From the IMG/VR virus record IMGVR_UViG_3300027734_000042: a DNA stretch of 64,000 nt; one strand, given 5' to 3'. This stretch comes from a virus. The notes beneath the pieces were generated by a model. It saw nothing but the letters and a program-made list of their open reading frames with translations. It ran no database searches and was not told where the DNA came from. Positions within the stretch are counted from its first letter, which is position 1. Each line of letters opens with the position of its first letter. Positions 60,520-64,000 of this stretch are shown one piece after another. The translations under genes and the position numbers were made by a program.

Positions 60520-60948
60520 ATGTCAACAAGATCTAGAATCGCAATTGAAAAAGAAAACGGCAAAGTAGAATCAATCTATTGTCACTTCGACGGATATCCT
60601 TCATACAATGGAGTGATACTCAACACTCATTATAAAGACCGGGACAAGACCCAAAAATTAATTGACTTAGGAAGCATTAGTGTATTAGCTCCTATAGTTG
60701 ATGCACCGGAAGGACACTCATTCGAAAACCGGGTCAAGGATGTGGTGGTAGCTTACGGAAGAGACAGAGGTGAAAAAGATGTCGCAAAAAGTTACCATAA
60801 TTCGAAGGAAGATTTTTTTAATTCTGACATTGAAGAATGGGGATATATTTTAACCAAAGAGGGTGACTGGGAAGTCAAAAATGCCTACGCTGATGAGGAC
60901 CGTGAAGGAGTGGAGAAACTTGAGCAAGTCCTGAGTGAATTGGCTTAG
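60520..60948 (+). CDS. conserved phage hypothetical protein
   Basis: MSTRSRI...SIYCHFDGYP...AYGRDRGE pattern; own promoter at 60457. Confidence 0.75.
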   Translation: MSTRSRIAIEKENGKVESIYCHFDGYPSYNGVILNTHYKDRDKTQKLIDLGSISVLAPIVDAPEGHSFENRVKDVVVAYGRDRGEKDVAKSYHNSKEDFFNSDIEEWGYILTKEGDWEVKNAYADEDREGVEKLEQVLSELA

Positions 60949-60974
60949 TGTTTAATTGGTTGAAACACGAAGAA

Positions 60975-61058
60975 GAGGGGTTCGAGTCTTAGGATTCGGC
61001 CCTTTTTTGTGTGCTAAGGTTTTTCAAGACCACCGTCGGATACTGTCTGAGGAACCTC
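60975..61058 (+). repeat. terminator plus conserved hairpin element, copy C (diverged, compensatory changes)
   Basis: GTGTGCTAAGGTTTTTCAAGACCACCGTCGGATACTGTCTGAGGAACC. Confidence 0.8.
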
Positions 61059-61170
61059 AGGAACACCTAGAAAAAAAATTAAAAAAAAACTAATAAAATC
61101 TCAGAATCATTTTTTATATCAAATAGAAGTTTCTATATTAGCTAAGTAAACCAATTAAATATTTAAAAAA

Positions 61171-61554
61171 ATGGCAAGAGACAAAAGCACAATTTCAGGA
61201 GGATTAGGAATCTCTGAAGAGTTTTTCATAGAAGCTCAAAAAATCGTAACTGATAATTACGAGAAGTACGACACAATCTCAGATGCTTTACAAGCTATCG
61301 GAGAAGAAGTTCGCATTGAGGCTTTGGGTGAATGTAACGAAGCATTATCCGATTACGAGCGTAAGCTATTATTAGCTGGCTTCTTAGGAGGTGCTAAAGG
61401 AACAGAAGCCAAGCTTTCAGGAGTCTTAAACGCTATGAAGCTTATGATGGCTTTGGACGGAGCTCCGGAAGAACTCAAGTCGGCTTTATTCAGTAAGATG
61501 CTGAGCGACTTCGGAATCGGAGAAAGAGGAAAAGATGAATCAGACGACGAATAA
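61171..61554 (+). CDS. hypothetical early protein
   Basis: Own promoter at 61105. Confidence 0.7.
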   Translation: MARDKSTISGGLGISEEFFIEAQKIVTDNYEKYDTISDALQAIGEEVRIEALGECNEALSDYERKLLLAGFLGGAKGTEAKLSGVLNAMKLMMALDGAPEELKSALFSKMLSDFGIGERGKDESDDE

Positions 61555-61613
61555 CCAGAAGGGAGCAACTGCTCCCTTCCTTAACTTTGTATCAATCAAT
61601 TAATCTATATAAA

Positions 61614-61964
61614 ATGAACAAATGCAATCACTGTGATACCTTGCACGATAAAAAAGGTATGTATTGCTCTAAGAAGTGCACGGACGCAGCTTATCGAGCA
61701 AGAAAGAAAGCAGCAGCTGTCGTTCCTGTAACGTCTTCAACAACAGACCCTGATGAAGTGATCGAGAAGTTCACTAAAAGATTTGGGTTTCCTGTTAGGT
61801 TGTTCTGGAACAAAAGACTTGAAAGAGAAAACTCTTCATGTGCAAAAGCAGGAACTACCTTGGAGTTCGAACAAATTTCGAAGAAAGGCGGTAAAGTAAT
61901 CTATCGAGTTAGAAGAGGTAAACGAAACTTCTTCACCTCAGATAAAGAACTAGCAGATTCTTAA
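61614..61964 (+). CDS. zinc-finger protein (CxxC...YCSxxC)
   Basis: CNHC...YCSKKC; start moved to ATG 61614. Confidence 0.65.
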   Translation: MNKCNHCDTLHDKKGMYCSKKCTDAAYRARKKAAAVVPVTSSTTDPDEVIEKFTKRFGFPVRLFWNKRLERENSSCAKAGTTLEFEQISKKGGKVIYRVRRGKRNFFTSDKELADS

Positions 61965-61983
61965 GAGAGTATGTGAAAATGAT

Positions 61984-62014
61984 AAAAAGCCCAGAGATAA
62001 CTCTGGGTTTTTTT
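61984..62014 (+). terminator. intrinsic terminator fused directly to the next early promoter
   Basis: GCCCAGAG-ATAA-CTCTGGGT-T7-GTGT-AATCA. Confidence 0.8.
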
Positions 62015-62083
62015 GTGTAATCATTTTTTATATTCTTAGAAAATTCTTATATTAGCTATGTTAACCAATTAAAACAAAAAGAT

Positions 62084-62533
62084 ATGTCGGAACAAAGAAA
62101 ATTAGCAGCTGTAGCAATCAACAAAATGATAGCTGAATCGGGAAATAAGATCTTCATGGGAATGATACATCAGGTATATGGTCCTTTGAGAGGTCTTAAT
62201 TATATTTTGACCAACCCTAATGTCGAAGAGATATTAGATTGTCTTGATGAACAAGCAGCAGGAGTAGAACTAGATGACCAGATGAAGTTAATCAAGAAGG
62301 TTGAAAAGGAAGAACCTAAAAATGTTATTGAAACAGGAATTAAGGTTTGGACAAAAACAGGAATGGCGGTTCAACTTATGATACTTCCTTATGAAATGGT
62401 TGAACAAGCTGAAAATCCTCCAACAGAAGTTAGCTCATTAAAGGAAGGAAGATCTGAAATTCTTAAAAATCTTGCTTTTACTGCTCCACTTCAAACAAAA
62501 GATCCTTTCTTTTTCCGAGTAGGTATAATTTAA
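62084..62533 (+). CDS. hypothetical early protein
   Basis: Own promoter at 62019. Confidence 0.7.
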   Translation: MSEQRKLAAVAINKMIAESGNKIFMGMIHQVYGPLRGLNYILTNPNVEEILDCLDEQAAGVELDDQMKLIKKVEKEEPKNVIETGIKVWTKTGMAVQLMILPYEMVEQAENPPTEVSSLKEGRSEILKNLAFTAPLQTKDPFFFRVGII

Positions 62534-62550
62534 AACCTTAAATTTAAAAA

Positions 62551-62630
62551 GAAAAGCCAGAGAAATCTGGCTTTTTTTGTGTGCGGAGATTTTTTCAGCA
62601 GCCGCGGATTATCTCCTGAGGAACCCCCGC
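62551..62630 (+). repeat. terminator plus conserved hairpin element, copy D
   Basis: GTGTGCGGAGATTTTTTCAGCAGCCGCGGATTATCTCCTGAGGAACCCCC. Confidence 0.85.
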
Positions 62631-62732
62631 ATGATGGTATCCGGATTTTTTATATCTAGATTTTCTTAGAAATCATTTTTTATATTAAGTAGAAGTTTCT
62701 ATATTTGTATTAACCAATAAAAATAAAAAGAT

Positions 62733-63056
62733 ATGAAATGTTTTGGAATAGCAGATGCACATGGAATCGAAAGCTTCTTTAAAGGTGAGCCAGATTCTCC
62801 TGAAAATTCTTCAAAAACTATGATCCTTCATATGAGAGCCGGAGCCAACAGACAAAGACATGCAATTGTCTATATCGTTGATATCTCTGAAAGCACAGCT
62901 CAGGATGTTGAGGATTTGTTAGAAGAAGGAGATTACATTGGAGCTTTAGTAAGATTAAAATTGTCGGTATTGGATTTACAATTAACCAACCTTCCTGGAG
63001 CGGAAAAGAGTTGGAGAATGATTCCAAACCCTGATTTAGACCCTTTCCATTCGTAA
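62733..63056 (+). CDS. hypothetical early protein
   Basis: GIADAHGIESF...RAGANRQRHA...W..IPNP.LDPF; own promoter at 62671. Confidence 0.7.
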   Translation: MKCFGIADAHGIESFFKGEPDSPENSSKTMILHMRAGANRQRHAIVYIVDISESTAQDVEDLLEEGDYIGALVRLKLSVLDLQLTNLPGAEKSWRMIPNPDLDPFHS

Positions 63057-63177
63057 AAACAAAGCATTTACCGACATTTATAGATTATTCTAATGGTCGG
63101 GGATGCGAAATCGTTTTTTATATCGTACAGATCCTTATATATTTGTCCGATAACAAAAAACAATAATAATATGACAA

Positions 63178-63738
63178 ATGGAAAAGAAAAAGGTGGAGCA
63201 CCAAAAAGGAGAGCACCAAAAGGGAAACCTTACTACTACGGAGTCTCAGGAACAACCCGACCAATTAATCGCCCTAAGTAATTCTGGAACTTTCGACCCG
63301 AACGGAGCTAGTAATATTATGCTTAGTTCTGGAGTATCAGCAAAAGAGGTTTACGATGCAATCTTCGGATTACTTGTGATCAGAAAAGACATCTCGTATA
63401 CGATCGGGGGTTTAATTAAACATTTAAGGGAAAGAAATATTAATATCACATGGGTCGGTAAAATAAAGATGCCTCCTGGAGATATCGATTTTTCAATCAG
63501 AGACCAATTCACATCAGGATTTAGACAAAGGTTTTTAGAAAACGTCCTATTTGAAGATGCCGCAGAAAAACAAAATTTTGAGGACATCTTAAAAATGATA
63601 GACGATACCGTTACACTACATGATATCACTATACATCCTGCAGTTAATCCAGGTGCACACTTATCTTTATTTTTATACGGAAGTGTGGGTGATTCACCTG
63701 AATCAATAAGAGTATTAGGTCTCGAAATACCTTATTAA
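63178..63738 (+). CDS. hypothetical early protein
   Basis: Promoter at 63109. Confidence 0.65.
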   Translation: MEKKKVEHQKGEHQKGNLTTTESQEQPDQLIALSNSGTFDPNGASNIMLSSGVSAKEVYDAIFGLLVIRKDISYTIGGLIKHLRERNINITWVGKIKMPPGDIDFSIRDQFTSGFRQRFLENVLFEDAAEKQNFEDILKMIDDTVTLHDITIHPAVNPGAHLSLFLYGSVGDSPESIRVLGLEIPY

Positions 63739-63825
63739 CATCGGAATGTTAAAAAAGTTAGAAATAATTTTTTTAATATAGAAAAAGCGCATACATTTGC
63801 ATTAACTATTAAACACATTAGATAA

Positions 63826-64000
63826 ATGAATTGGGAACAGTGTAGGAATTACGGATTAATACAAATCGAACCAGGTAACAATACCGTTCGTTTGCATTAT
63901 AGTCAATGGAGCACAATGATTGCTCAGAAGCCGGCTTTCCTTCATGTTGAATCTGCTTCTTGGCAAGGGAACAATCTCGTACTAAGAGGAAGGAATCAAT
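63826..64000 (+). CDS. hypothetical protein, 3'-truncated by the window edge
   Basis: MNWEQCRNYGLIQ... open to the end; promoter at 63763. Confidence 0.6.
   Translation, partial: MNWEQCRNYGLIQIEPGNNTVRLHYSQWSTMIAQKPAFLHVESASWQGNNLVLRGRNQ

Noticed and set aside
57205-62630. CTGAGGA in the repeated hairpin as a hammerhead ribozyme core (CUGANGA)
   Set aside because: No consistent stem II followed by GAAA, and no cleavage triplet geometry across the four copies.
55400-63800. CRISPR array or integron attC array
   Set aside because: The repeats are separated by whole genes rather than 30-40 nt spacers, there are no cas genes or integrase in the window, and the RYYYAAC/GTTRRRY boxes are absent.

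Overview
AT-rich (standard genetic code) segment of a very large lytic T4-superfamily-like dsDNA phage (jumbo/mega-phage type). The host is most likely Bacteroidota: TAnnTTTG promoters occur throughout and Shine-Dalgarno sites are not evident. 1-27 kb is mainly replication, nucleotide and repair genes: a family-B DNA polymerase split into two genes 18 kb apart, nrdA/nrdB, two type II topoisomerase subunits, a clamp-like protein, dUTPase, adenylate kinase, an MBD4-like glycosylase, UvsE, DnaJ, a lytic transglycosylase and ClpP. At 27.4-28.8 kb are a tmRNA with a long tag, a tRNA-like element with a nested insert, and a candidate structured RNA. 30-52 kb is mostly minus-strand late genes, ending in a five-gene LRR-like paralog array. 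52.6-53.5 kb is a non-coding strand-switch region. 53.7-64 kb is a run of small early-gene cassettes, most with their own conserved promoter, several also with a terminator and a repeated GC-rich hairpin. Three promoter classes can be read directly from the sequence. The most striking unexplained pattern is a pair of short peptide tags on otherwise unrelated proteins. About 20 late proteins have an N-terminal leader resembling the T4 capsid-targeting sequence, and nine proteins, both early and late, end in [KRQP]Gxx[LI]LxR[FLV]G. All calls come from reading motifs by eye; no database searches were run.
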